Of a stretch of 64,000 nt of DNA, positions 35,586 to 43,763 are shown piece by piece. This DNA is from an uncultured Acidobacteriaceae bacterium (GTDB taxonomy: Bacteria > Acidobacteriota > Terriglobia > Terriglobales > Acidobacteriaceae): positions 216,865 to 280,864 of the forward strand of contig CAVZKN010000004.1 in NCBI GenBank assembly GCA_963775845.1, written 5' to 3'. The position numbers were made by a program, and so were the translations under genes. A model generated the notes under the pieces. That model saw only the letters and a program-made list of their open reading frames with translations. It ran no database searches and had not been told where the DNA came from. Every line of letters begins with the position of its first letter. Position 1 is the stretch's first letter.

Positions 35586-37025
35586 ATGCCACGAATCGCC
35601 ATCATCGGCGGCGGAATCTCCGGCCTTTCGGCTGCGTTCACGCTTGAAGAAAAACGCCAGTCCGGCGCCCAGTCCGATACAAAGATCGAATACGTCCTGT
35701 TCGAAGCCGCCCCGCGCCTCGGCGGAGTCATGGTCACCGACCGTGCCGATGGCTGCCTGATCGAAGCCGGACCCGATTCCTTCCTCACTGAAAAACCCTG
35801 GGCCGCCGATCTCTGCCGCAAAATCGGACTCAGCGATCAACTCATCGGCTCCAACGACGCCGACCGCAAGACTTATATCGTGGTCCATAAGAATGGACGC
35901 GACAAACTCGTCGTCATGCCCGACGGCCTCATGTTCATGGTGCCGACCAAGATCATGCCCACGGTGCTGTCACCGCTTTTTTCCTGGCGCACAAAAATGC
36001 GCATGGCCGCTGAATGGTTTCATCCGCCGCACAAAGCCAACGCAGATGAAACGGTTGCCGAGATGGTCGAGCGCCACTACGGATCCGAGATGGTCGATCG
36101 ACTCGCCGATCCGCTGCTCTCGGGCGTCTACGGGGGAGAAGCTTCGCAGTTGAGTGTGCGCGCCGTGCTGCCGCGCTTTGCTGACATGGAAGCCAAGCAC
36201 GGCAGTCTTGGCCGCGCCATGCTTGCCGCCCGCAGGAAATTGGGCGGGGCGGCGAAGGGTCCAGCCCGTCCGCTCTTTACTTCCCTCAAGAATGGCATGC
36301 AGCAGATGACGGATGCGCTGGTCGCGCGGCTCGACGCTAAGGCGCTGAAGACCTCTGCGGCGGTGCAATCGGTAATGCCGCAGAGCGGCGGATGGACGGT
36401 GCAATCCGCAAACGAAAAGAGCTATTTTGATGCCTTAATTATCGCCACGCCTACTCATGCCGCTGCGGCAGTGCTGCGAAGCGCAGATTCGCCATTGGCG
36501 CGCGAGTTAAGCGATATCCGATATAGCTCCTCAGTAACCGTCACGCTTGGGTATGACGAAAAGGTGCGCGGCTCGCTGCCGCCAGGCTTCGGATTCCTGG
36601 TGCCGCGCAGCGCCGGGCGCCGCATGCTGGCGGCGACTTTCGTTCACAACAAATTTCCCCACCGCGCACCAGAGAACCGCGCCATCGTCCGCTGCTTTCT
36701 TGGCGGCGCGCGTGACGAAGAGATATTGCAATCGAGCGAAGACGAAATTCTGCAAATTGTCGGTCGCGAGTTGAGCGAGATTATCAAGCTCAACTCCGAG
36801 CCGCTGTTTGTTCGCGTTTACAAATGGAAATCCGCCATGGCGCAGTATTCGGTTGGCCATCTCGAACGCTTGCAGCGCATTGAATCGCTGCGGCAGAAAC
36901 ACTCCAGCCTGGCGCTGGCCGGCAACGGCTATAGCGGCATTGGAGTGCCGGATTGCGTGCGCTCGGGCGCCGAGGCGGCGGCGAAAATCATGGCCGCGAT
37001 TGAGTCGCCAAGCAACTGCAAGTGA
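35586..37025 (+). CDS. hemY: Protoporphyrinogen/coproporphyrinogen III oxidase (HemY/CgoX family, FAD-dependent)
   Basis: MPRIAIIGGGISGLSAAF dinucleotide fold in a 479-aa ORF clustered with hemE and hemH. Confidence 0.85.
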   Translation: MPRIAIIGGGISGLSAAFTLEEKRQSGAQSDTKIEYVLFEAAPRLGGVMVTDRADGCLIEAGPDSFLTEKPWAADLCRKIGLSDQLIGSNDADRKTYIVVHKNGRDKLVVMPDGLMFMVPTKIMPTVLSPLFSWRTKMRMAAEWFHPPHKANADETVAEMVERHYGSEMVDRLADPLLSGVYGGEASQLSVRAVLPRFADMEAKHGSLGRAMLAARRKLGGAAKGPARPLFTSLKNGMQQMTDALVARLDAKALKTSAAVQSVMPQSGGWTVQSANEKSYFDALIIATPTHAAAAVLRSADSPLARELSDIRYSSSVTVTLGYDEKVRGSLPPGFGFLVPRSAGRRMLAATFVHNKFPHRAPENRAIVRCFLGGARDEEILQSSEDEILQIVGRELSEIIKLNSEPLFVRVYKWKSAMAQYSVGHLERLQRIESLRQKHSSLALAGNGYSGIGVPDCVRSGAEAAAKIMAAIESPSNCK

Positions 37026-37137
37026 CTCCGCCCGCGCTGTAACATCGAGGCCTTGGCATTGCATTTGGCAGCGCAACTAAGAGCCCTAGGTGGAGTTCTA
37101 TAATCGAAGTCAAACCCCTGACCCTGGAGTGTCCATT

Positions 37138-37905
37138 ATGAGAATTGTGCTCGCTGTGCTGTTTGTGATGGCAGCTTTTTGTTTTGCCCGGCAAAACTCA
37201 CCACAAGACATGAAGGGCATGAACATGCCGGGACACGACATGTCGCAACCCTCGGCACAAAAGTCTGTGGAAGATTCGGACGCGAGCGGGCACGTCATGC
37301 AATCCATGGGAGGTCGCCACATGAATATGGGACCGCACATGAAGATGACCGCGCTGCGCCCTCCGCAGCCGGGAGATACACAGCGGGCGCAGAAGGTCGT
37401 TGAGGTGGCGCGCGCCGTGATGGCGAGGTACAAGGATTATCACGTCGCGCTGGATCACGATTTCGTAATCTTCCATCCAGAAATTCCGCAGATGCAGTAT
37501 CACTTCACCAACTACGGCTATGCGCTCGAAGCGCGTTACGATTTCAACCCCGAGCATCCGACTTCGCTGCTCTACGAGAAAGATGGCGACGGATACCAGT
37601 TGGTGGGCGTGATGTACACGGCTCCCAAGAGTTACAGCGAAGACGATTTGAGCCAGCGCATTCCGCTCAGCGTCGCGCAGTGGCACGAGCACGTGAATTA
37701 CTGCGCTCCGCCCGAGGCACGTAAGAAAGAAGCACTGGGACCAAATCCCAAGTTCGGCCTCAGGGGGTCGATCACGACCAAAGAAGCATGCGACGCCGCC
37801 GGCGGGGAGTTTCATCCCGTCATCTTTAACTGGATGGTTCATCTCTATCCGCTGGAAAAAGATCCGGGGGAAGTCTGGTCGGTGGAACGGCAGCACGCAG
37901 ATTAA
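37138..37905 (+). CDS. Secreted protein with an N-terminal Met/His-rich segment; function unknown
   Basis: ATG at 37138 follows GGAG and gives the signal MRIVLAVLFVMAAFCFA. The next segment is MKGMNMPGHDMSQ...HVMQSMGGRHMNMGPHMKM. Confidence 0.6.
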   Translation: MRIVLAVLFVMAAFCFARQNSPQDMKGMNMPGHDMSQPSAQKSVEDSDASGHVMQSMGGRHMNMGPHMKMTALRPPQPGDTQRAQKVVEVARAVMARYKDYHVALDHDFVIFHPEIPQMQYHFTNYGYALEARYDFNPEHPTSLLYEKDGDGYQLVGVMYTAPKSYSEDDLSQRIPLSVAQWHEHVNYCAPPEARKKEALGPNPKFGLRGSITTKEACDAAGGEFHPVIFNWMVHLYPLEKDPGEVWSVERQHAD

Positions 37906-38011
37906 GGCAATCAGCTGATCTCATTGTTGAATGCAAGACAGTACAGGGTGAGCCATGACCCCACCACCCGCATTTCTTTCTCTGCTATTCTGAATCTTTC
38001 CTTCCTGACTC

Positions 38012-38962
38012 ATGAAAACTTCAGCGCCCGCCAGCCGATGGAAGATTATTGTTGCCTTCGGGCTGGTCTACGTTTTCTGGGGATCAACTTATCTCGGTAT
38101 TGGAATCGCGGTGGAACAGATTCCTCCCGCGATCATGTGTGCAGCGCGGTTTCTCATAGCGGGCGTCCTTATGCTCGCCTACTGTGCGCTGACGGGAAGG
38201 CGCATTCTCTTTTCCGCGCGGCAACTGGGCCATCTGGCGGCAGTTGGCATTCTGCTGTTGATGGGGGGCAATCTCACGCTCTCGTACGCCGAAAAAATCG
38301 TCCCCACCGGGCTCTCGGCGCTGCTGGTGGCGGTCACTCCGCTGTGGTTTCTGGTCCTCGACAGCCTGCTGCTGGGCGACCATCACATTTCGCGCCGGGG
38401 AAAAATTGGTCTGTCGATCGGGATCGCCGGCGTACTGGTGCTGATCTGGCCCGACCTTCAGCATCACAATTCCCTCGGCCAGCGCGAGCTTTTGTGGTCG
38501 CTCGCACTGCCGCTGGGATCCTTCAGCTGGGCCTTCGGCTCCGTGCTGTCAAAGAAATGGCAAACCGCGGCCACCGATCCGTTCAGCGCCATCGCCTGGC
38601 AGGTCGTGTTTGCAGGGCTGGCAAATCTGTTGTTTGCGCTGATCGTCGAGCGGCACGCCAAGGTGGTGTGGACTTACAGAGGAGTGGGCGCGATCCTGTA
38701 TCTGGTAGTGTGTGGCTCCTGGATCGGCTACACCGCTTATATCTGGCTGCTGCAGCACGTTCCAACCTCGAAGGTTTCCACTTATGCCTACGTCAATCCT
38801 GTGGTTGCGGTGTTTCTCGGATGGCTGGTGCTGCACGAGCGCATCGACCGTTACATTGCGATGGGGAGCGCGATCATTGTGGCTTCGGTGGTACTGGTGA
38901 CGAGCGCGAAAGTCTCAAGTCGGACTGCGGAGTGTCCTGCTGTCGAAGCTGCGGGAGACTAA
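38012..38962 (+). CDS. EamA/DMT-superfamily transporter
   Basis: A 316-aa ORF with about ten hydrophobic spans and a duplicated EamA-like architecture (FLWGSTYL-type start VFWGSTYLGI). Confidence 0.8.
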   Translation: MKTSAPASRWKIIVAFGLVYVFWGSTYLGIGIAVEQIPPAIMCAARFLIAGVLMLAYCALTGRRILFSARQLGHLAAVGILLLMGGNLTLSYAEKIVPTGLSALLVAVTPLWFLVLDSLLLGDHHISRRGKIGLSIGIAGVLVLIWPDLQHHNSLGQRELLWSLALPLGSFSWAFGSVLSKKWQTAATDPFSAIAWQVVFAGLANLLFALIVERHAKVVWTYRGVGAILYLVVCGSWIGYTAYIWLLQHVPTSKVSTYAYVNPVVAVFLGWLVLHERIDRYIAMGSAIIVASVVLVTSAKVSSRTAECPAVEAAGD

Positions 38963-38980
38963 AGTTTTTGACTTCCCCGG

Positions 38981-39022
38981 TACTCAGTACTCAGTAGTCA
39001 GTTCTCGGTTCTCAGTTCTCAG
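38981..39022 (+). repeat. Period-7 array (TCAG-N3, 6 units) just downstream of the EamA stop
   Basis: The units are tacTCAG, tacTCAG, tagTCAG, ttcTCGG, ttcTCAG and ttcTCAG. Confidence 0.9.
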
Positions 39023-39381
39023 TTAAGCCGATTCAGTAAGAGCCCGCGTTTTCCACGGGCTGAACGCGACAAACTCAAATGTTTTCAATATTTTGCGCGA
39101 CTTTGTAGCTGTAAGTCTACATTTTTCAGTACGAAGTCTCGATGTCGCCCAGGAAATTCCCGATAACCATAATGTTATCAATTAGTTACGTTTATGTCCT
39201 TTGGAATCATAGATCTGGCGTGAAAATACTCCTAAATCTATGATTCTAATATATTGAGGTGAGGGGATAATTGTAACTTAACAGTAAACATTCTTAAATA
39301 AGAGACACTTCAAATTCTGTGGAAGCGTTCGAATCAGAGTCTTGCATTTGCTGAGTCTGGCTTACCGAGCCTTGGTCGACT

Positions 39382-39409
39382 GGACGGGCGAGGACGCCCG
39401 TCCCTCCAC
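39382..39409. repeat. Palindromic REP-like element, copy 1 (GGACGGGCGAGGACGCCCGTCCCTCCAC)
   Basis: An 8-bp stem GACGGGCG/CGCCCGTC. The element ends 8 nt from the stop codon of the minus-strand gene at 39418. A near-identical copy is at 47394-47420. Confidence 0.85.
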
Positions 39410-39417
39410 GAGCGCAG

Positions 39418-40098
39418 TTAATCTTCTGGCTCTTCGGCATCGTTTACTACGTCTACTACTCGGCTCCTTATGTTGAAGACTAACTTCTGATCATCGTCGG
39501 GCTGGAAGGTCACTCGCATCGGCGAGCGCTCCCATAGCGGGGGCGGGCATTCGGAGTCGGGGTCGTCCGCGCCTGCGGCTTGGCCTGCATCTTTTTTCAG
39601 GATCGGCTTTCTGCGTCCCACCTGCGCGACTATGGCATAGAGCTTTTTGCCGTCTTCCGACACTCCGCAATAAGCGATGTAGTCGCGATACCAACTGGCT
39701 GTGGAGTAGAAAGGATCGAACTCGGGCAGGTTGAGTTGAGAGACGCGTCCAGTGAGGCGGTCGATGAGAAGCCAGCCTCCGCGTTGCCACTGCCAGCGCG
39801 GAGAAGATGCATTTTCGTTAGGTAGCGCATCGTTCACGCGGAAAGCTCGGCGCACCACGAAGAGGCGGTCGGTGAGTTCGTGAGGTGGGCCGGTGGTGAA
39901 TTCCTTGAGGCGCGTATCGACAAACAAGGGGCGCACTTTCAGGTCGGCCATTTTTTGCCCGGTGGCGTTGGGCCACTTGGCGGCGATCCATTTACCGAAG
40001 GCGATGACGTGCGGCTTGGTGACGCCCGCGCACTCGAGGGACGAGAAGTTCAATAGGACCAAGAACGTGAGGATCGTCAGCCAGAACTTCCGCGTCAT
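39418..40098 (-). CDS. Secreted hypothetical protein
   Basis: A 226-aa ORF with the signal-like N-terminus MTRKFWLTILTFLVLLNFSS. I recognise no motif. Confidence 0.55.
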   Translation of the reverse strand: MTRKFWLTILTFLVLLNFSSLECAGVTKPHVIAFGKWIAAKWPNATGQKMADLKVRPLFVDTRLKEFTTGPPHELTDRLFVVRRAFRVNDALPNENASSPRWQWQRGGWLLIDRLTGRVSQLNLPEFDPFYSTASWYRDYIAYCGVSEDGKKLYAIVAQVGRRKPILKKDAGQAAGADDPDSECPPPLWERSPMRVTFQPDDDQKLVFNIRSRVVDVVNDAEEPED

Positions 40099-40240
40099 GC
40101 AGCAACTATGCCTAAAAGCCGAAGGTGATTGCTATGACGGTTGACCATCGGAAATGTTCGGTTTTTTGCCCGGAGTCATTCCCGGCACTTCGTGGTATTG
40201 AAAATCGTTTTCAGTTAACATTTATCCAGGGTCGAAGGAA

Positions 40241-41290
40241 GTGATGAGCATACCGCCAAAAGAGCGCCAGACAACCCTTTCGCCGCAATCGAGTTCTTAT
40301 GTGCGTATGGGGGAGACGCTCGCCGGGCGCCGGAAGCAATCCATTTTGGTGGTCGACGATAATCTGGTGAATGCCGCACTGCTAAGGGAGATGCTGACGC
40401 GGCAAGGCTATCCAGCGGTGGCAGTCCAAAGCGCGGCGGCGGCCGAGGCGGAGATCCGGCGCGAGGCTCCCGATTTAATTCTGCTGGACGTGATCATGCC
40501 CGGCAAGACCGGCTACGAGTTGTGTCGCGAACTGAAAAACGATGCTCGGACGCGTCTGATTCCGATTGTTATGATTACCGGGCTCAGCGCCCAGGAAGAC
40601 CGGGTGAAGGGCATCGAGGCCGGCGCCGATGATTTTCTGACCAAGCCCATCTTTCCGGAAGAGATGTTTGCGCGAGTCGGTTCATTGCTGAAGTTGAAAG
40701 AATTCACCGATGAACTGGAAACCGCGGATTCGGTGCTTTGCACGCTCGGCTTGAGCGTGGAGTCGCGTGATCCTTACACCGAGGGCCACTGCGAGCGGCT
40801 GGCGCGTAACGCCGCCGACCTCGGGCGTCATCTCGGAGTCGATGAAGAGTGCCTGGTAGCGCTAGAACGCGGCGGGTATTTGCACGATCTGGGAAAGATC
40901 GCCGTCCCGGATGAAATTCTGAAGAAGGGAAGCGATCTCACCGCGGCGGAATGGGCAATCATGAAGCAGCATCCACTGACGGGCGAGAAGATTTGCCGTC
41001 CATTAAAGTCGTTGCGGCTGGTGCTGCCGATCATCCGGCATCATCACGAGCATTCCGATGGCAGCGGCTATCCGGATGGTTTACACGACGGCGACATTCC
41101 GCTCTTGCCGCGCATCTTACAGGTGGTCGATATTTATGATGCGTTGCGCACGGAGCGTCCTTATAAGCCCGCGCTCAGCCATGAGCAAGCCGCAACTACG
41201 ATGCGTGTCGAGGCGCGAAATGGACTCTGGGATGACGAACTGGTCTCTGAGTTTTTCGAGATGCTCGACCAGCGCCAGAAAGTGGCATAA
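40241..41290 (+). CDS. Response regulator with receiver plus HD-GYP (c-di-GMP phosphodiesterase-type) output
   Basis: Receiver block ILVVDDN...DLILLDVIMPG, HD motif YLHDLGKIAVPDEIL and HHEHSDGSGYPDGL (GYP). The exact start is uncertain. Confidence 0.85.
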   Translation: MMSIPPKERQTTLSPQSSSYVRMGETLAGRRKQSILVVDDNLVNAALLREMLTRQGYPAVAVQSAAAAEAEIRREAPDLILLDVIMPGKTGYELCRELKNDARTRLIPIVMITGLSAQEDRVKGIEAGADDFLTKPIFPEEMFARVGSLLKLKEFTDELETADSVLCTLGLSVESRDPYTEGHCERLARNAADLGRHLGVDEECLVALERGGYLHDLGKIAVPDEILKKGSDLTAAEWAIMKQHPLTGEKICRPLKSLRLVLPIIRHHHEHSDGSGYPDGLHDGDIPLLPRILQVVDIYDALRTERPYKPALSHEQAATTMRVEARNGLWDDELVSEFFEMLDQRQKVA

Positions 41291-41295
41291 GAATG

Positions 41296-41388
41296 TTGAG
41301 TCATTGAATCATTGAGCCATTGAATCATTGTGTAAAGCTTCGTTCAACGGTTCAATGCCTCAATGCCTCAATGGTTCAATGACTCAAT
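41296..41388. repeat. Long imperfect hairpin built from tandem octamers (TCATTGAn x4, spacer, TCAATGnn x6)
   Basis: The left arm is ttgagtcattgaatcattgagccattgaatcattg. The reverse complement of the right arm is ttgagtcattgaaccattgaggcattgaggcattgaaccgttga. I counted 31 of 35 matches. It fills the gap between the HD-GYP stop and the GT2 start. Confidence 0.9.
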
Positions 41389-41391
41389 CCT

Positions 41392-42141
41392 TTGACCTAC
41401 TCCATCATCATTCCCGCCTATAACGAAAGCACTCGCATCCGGCCGACGCTGCATGAGATTCTTCGCCACGTCCGCGAAATGAATTGGGACGCGGAGATTC
41501 TCGTCGTCAACGATGGCTCGAGCGACGACACCGTCGAGGTGGTGCGCGAATTCGGACGCCTGCATCCGCAAGTCTTGCTGGTGGAAAATCCGGGCAACCG
41601 CGGGAAGGGATACAGCGTGCGGAACGGAATGCTGCATGCGCGCGGCGATCTTTGCCTGTTCACGGATGCCGATCTTTCCTCTCCGATCACCGAGGCGCGG
41701 AAATTGTTTGACGCAATCGAGAACGGGGCCGACGTGGCGATCGGGTCGCGCTGGCTGCGGGCTGAATTACAAACCGAACGGCAACCGCTGTACCGGCAGG
41801 CCTTTGGCCGTATCTTCAACCTCGCGTTGCGCATGATTCTGGGCTTGAGTTTTGCCGACACGCAGTGCGGATTCAAGGCGTTTCGCCGAGATGCCGCACA
41901 GCGTATTTTTCCTTTGCAGAAGATTGAACGCTGGGGATTTGACCCTGAGATTCTTTTTCTGGCACGCCGCGCGGGCTTGCGCGTGGAAGAGGTTCCAGTG
42001 CTGTGGGCGCATAGCGAGGGGACGCGGTTAAATCCGTTCCGCGACGGCCTGCGCATGTTTGTAGAGGTTTTGCGGATTCGCTGGAATGCGGTTAGTGGCG
42101 CATATTCCGCGGCCGTCGTGCCCTCTCCTACCAATTTATGA
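41392..42141 (+). CDS. Family-2 glycosyltransferase (polyprenyl-phosphate sugar synthase-like)
   Basis: YSIIIPAYNE, VVNDGSSD and FTDADLS (DxD) motifs. TTG start. Confidence 0.8.
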   Translation: MTYSIIIPAYNESTRIRPTLHEILRHVREMNWDAEILVVNDGSSDDTVEVVREFGRLHPQVLLVENPGNRGKGYSVRNGMLHARGDLCLFTDADLSSPITEARKLFDAIENGADVAIGSRWLRAELQTERQPLYRQAFGRIFNLALRMILGLSFADTQCGFKAFRRDAAQRIFPLQKIERWGFDPEILFLARRAGLRVEEVPVLWAHSEGTRLNPFRDGLRMFVEVLRIRWNAVSGAYSAAVVPSPTNL

Positions 42142-42396
42142 GGCAGCTCGATATTTGATACGCGCCAGCGGAACGGGATGCACGCCCTGCTGGGCATCGG
42201 CGACCAGCGTAAATTCCGCGGCACACTCGTCGCACAGCCAGAACAGCTCTACTTTGTCTGCGGACCAACGGTCAGCCGCAACTCCGACTGCGGTCTGGAA
42301 TTGTTTTTGAAAGTGGAAGAGCTTGCCGGAATGAAGAAATCGAAAGGAAGCGGCACATTGCGAATTGGAGCACTTGGCGAGCATCCCATGCACCAT
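42136..42396 (-). CDS. Small Cys4 zinc-ribbon-like protein
   Basis: CSNSQC...(about 50 aa)...CDEC pattern in an 86-aa ORF. Its 3' end overlaps the convergent GT2 gene by 6 nt. Confidence 0.5.
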   Translation of the reverse strand: MVHGMLAKCSNSQCAASFRFLHSGKLFHFQKQFQTAVGVAADRWSADKVELFWLCDECAAEFTLVADAQQGVHPVPLARIKYRAAS

Positions 42397-42529
42397 CGAC
42401 TTTCAGCAATCATTGTGATGCGTGGGCTGCCTTGGCGATAGGTTACGAAAGTAATAGGCCGTCACCCGACGGCAAATGCGCCTGCTGCGATTCGCGGTCG
42501 GAGTTGGCTTAATCTGGGCAGATTAGGCT

Positions 42530-43645
42530 TCATTTGGTTGCGGAGGCTTGACGCACGACAGAGGCGATCTCGGCTCCCATCTCATTCGTGGAGACTGTAC
42601 GCTCGCCCCCTCGATCTAAATCGCGAGTGCGGAAGCCTTTCCTCAATGTTGACGCAACCGTCCATTCAACACACTCGGCTTCTTTTTCCAGATGAAAGGT
42701 GTGACGCAGCATCAATGCAATCGAAAGAATCGCGCCCAGCGGATTGGCTACGCCTTGTCCGGCGATGTCGGGAGCTGAGCCGTGGACCGGTTCGTAGAGG
42801 CCGACCGGGCCTCCGATGCTGGCCGATGCGAGCAGGCCGAGCGAACCTACGACTCCTCCAGCCTGGTCGGAGAGAATGTCACCGAACATGTTCTCGGTGA
42901 GGATAACGTCAAACTCGGAGGGCTTGAGAACCAGCAGCATGGCGGCGGAGTCGACGTATTGGTGAGCGAGTTCAACATCGGGGAACTCTTTGCCGACGTG
43001 GGAGACGACTTCGCGCCAAAGACGGGAGCACTCAAGGACGTTCGACTTATCGACGGAGAGCACGCGGCGGCGGCGCTTGCGCGCGAGTTCGAAGGCTATG
43101 CGCGCTATGCGCTCGATCTCCGGCTCGCTATAGCGCATGGTATTGATCGCTTTTCGTCCACCGGCGGCGACGTCGCCTTTGGCGTCGATGGAGCGTGGAT
43201 CACCGAAATACAATCCGCCAAGCAGTTCTCGCACAATGAGCATGTCTGTGCCACCGACGATTTCCTCGCGCAACGGCGAACAGGCGGCAAGCGCGGGATA
43301 AAAGACGGCCGGACGCAGATTGGCGAACGCTCCCAGGGCCTGACGAAGGCGCAGCAAGCCGGCCTCAGGCCGAAGTTCGCGCGGATTGTGATCGAAGGCT
43401 GGACTGCCGACGGCTCCGAGTAGGACGGCTTGCGAGGCCTGGCAGGCTTCGATCGTCGAATCGGGCAGGGGATTGCCGTATTTGAGCAGGGCAACTCCGC
43501 CAATTTCTTTCTCGTCGAGCTGTAGCTTGTGGCCGAAGCGGGCGGCAATTGCCTCTAGAACGCTAATTGCTTGGCTGATTACTTCAGGGCCGATTCCGTC
43601 GCCGGGAAGCGAGGTGACACGGAGTTGCATGGAGTCCTCGGTCAA
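42530..43645 (-). CDS. leuB: 3-isopropylmalate dehydrogenase
   Basis: The NMFGDILSD signature, [14 protein letters not shown] and the N-terminal [10 protein letters not shown]. Confidence 0.92.
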   Translation of the reverse strand: MTEDSMQLRVTSLPGDGIGPEVISQAISVLEAIAARFGHKLQLDEKEIGGVALLKYGNPLPDSTIEACQASQAVLLGAVGSPAFDHNPRELRPEAGLLRLRQALGAFANLRPAVFYPALAACSPLREEIVGGTDMLIVRELLGGLYFGDPRSIDAKGDVAAGGRKAINTMRYSEPEIERIARIAFELARKRRRRVLSVDKSNVLECSRLWREVVSHVGKEFPDVELAHQYVDSAAMLLVLKPSEFDVILTENMFGDILSDQAGGVVGSLGLLASASIGGPVGLYEPVHGSAPDIAGQGVANPLGAILSIALMLRHTFHLEKEAECVEWTVASTLRKGFRTRDLDRGGERTVSTNEMGAEIASVVRQASATK

Positions 43646-43763
43646 TTAAGGATACAGCAGAATATTTGCGTAGAGATGGGGCTCGCCCCGTTTGCGGCGG
43701 GTGCGACAGGAGAACGACAGAAGACAGAAGAAGGAGGGGCAAGGCTGTCTCTTCACTTGCAGC

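Noticed and set aside
38981-39022. The possibility that the short tandem arrays (here and at 15243, 19594, 35547 and 41296) are CRISPR arrays.
   Set aside because: The units are 7-8 nt and directly abutting with no spacers, and no cas genes are present. They are micro-tandem repeats, not CRISPR.
40099-40240. The possibility of a c-di-GMP riboswitch upstream of the HD-GYP regulator.
   Set aside because: I could not find the conserved GEMM-type tetraloop/receptor and GGCAAA/CGAAAGCC-like blocks by eye.
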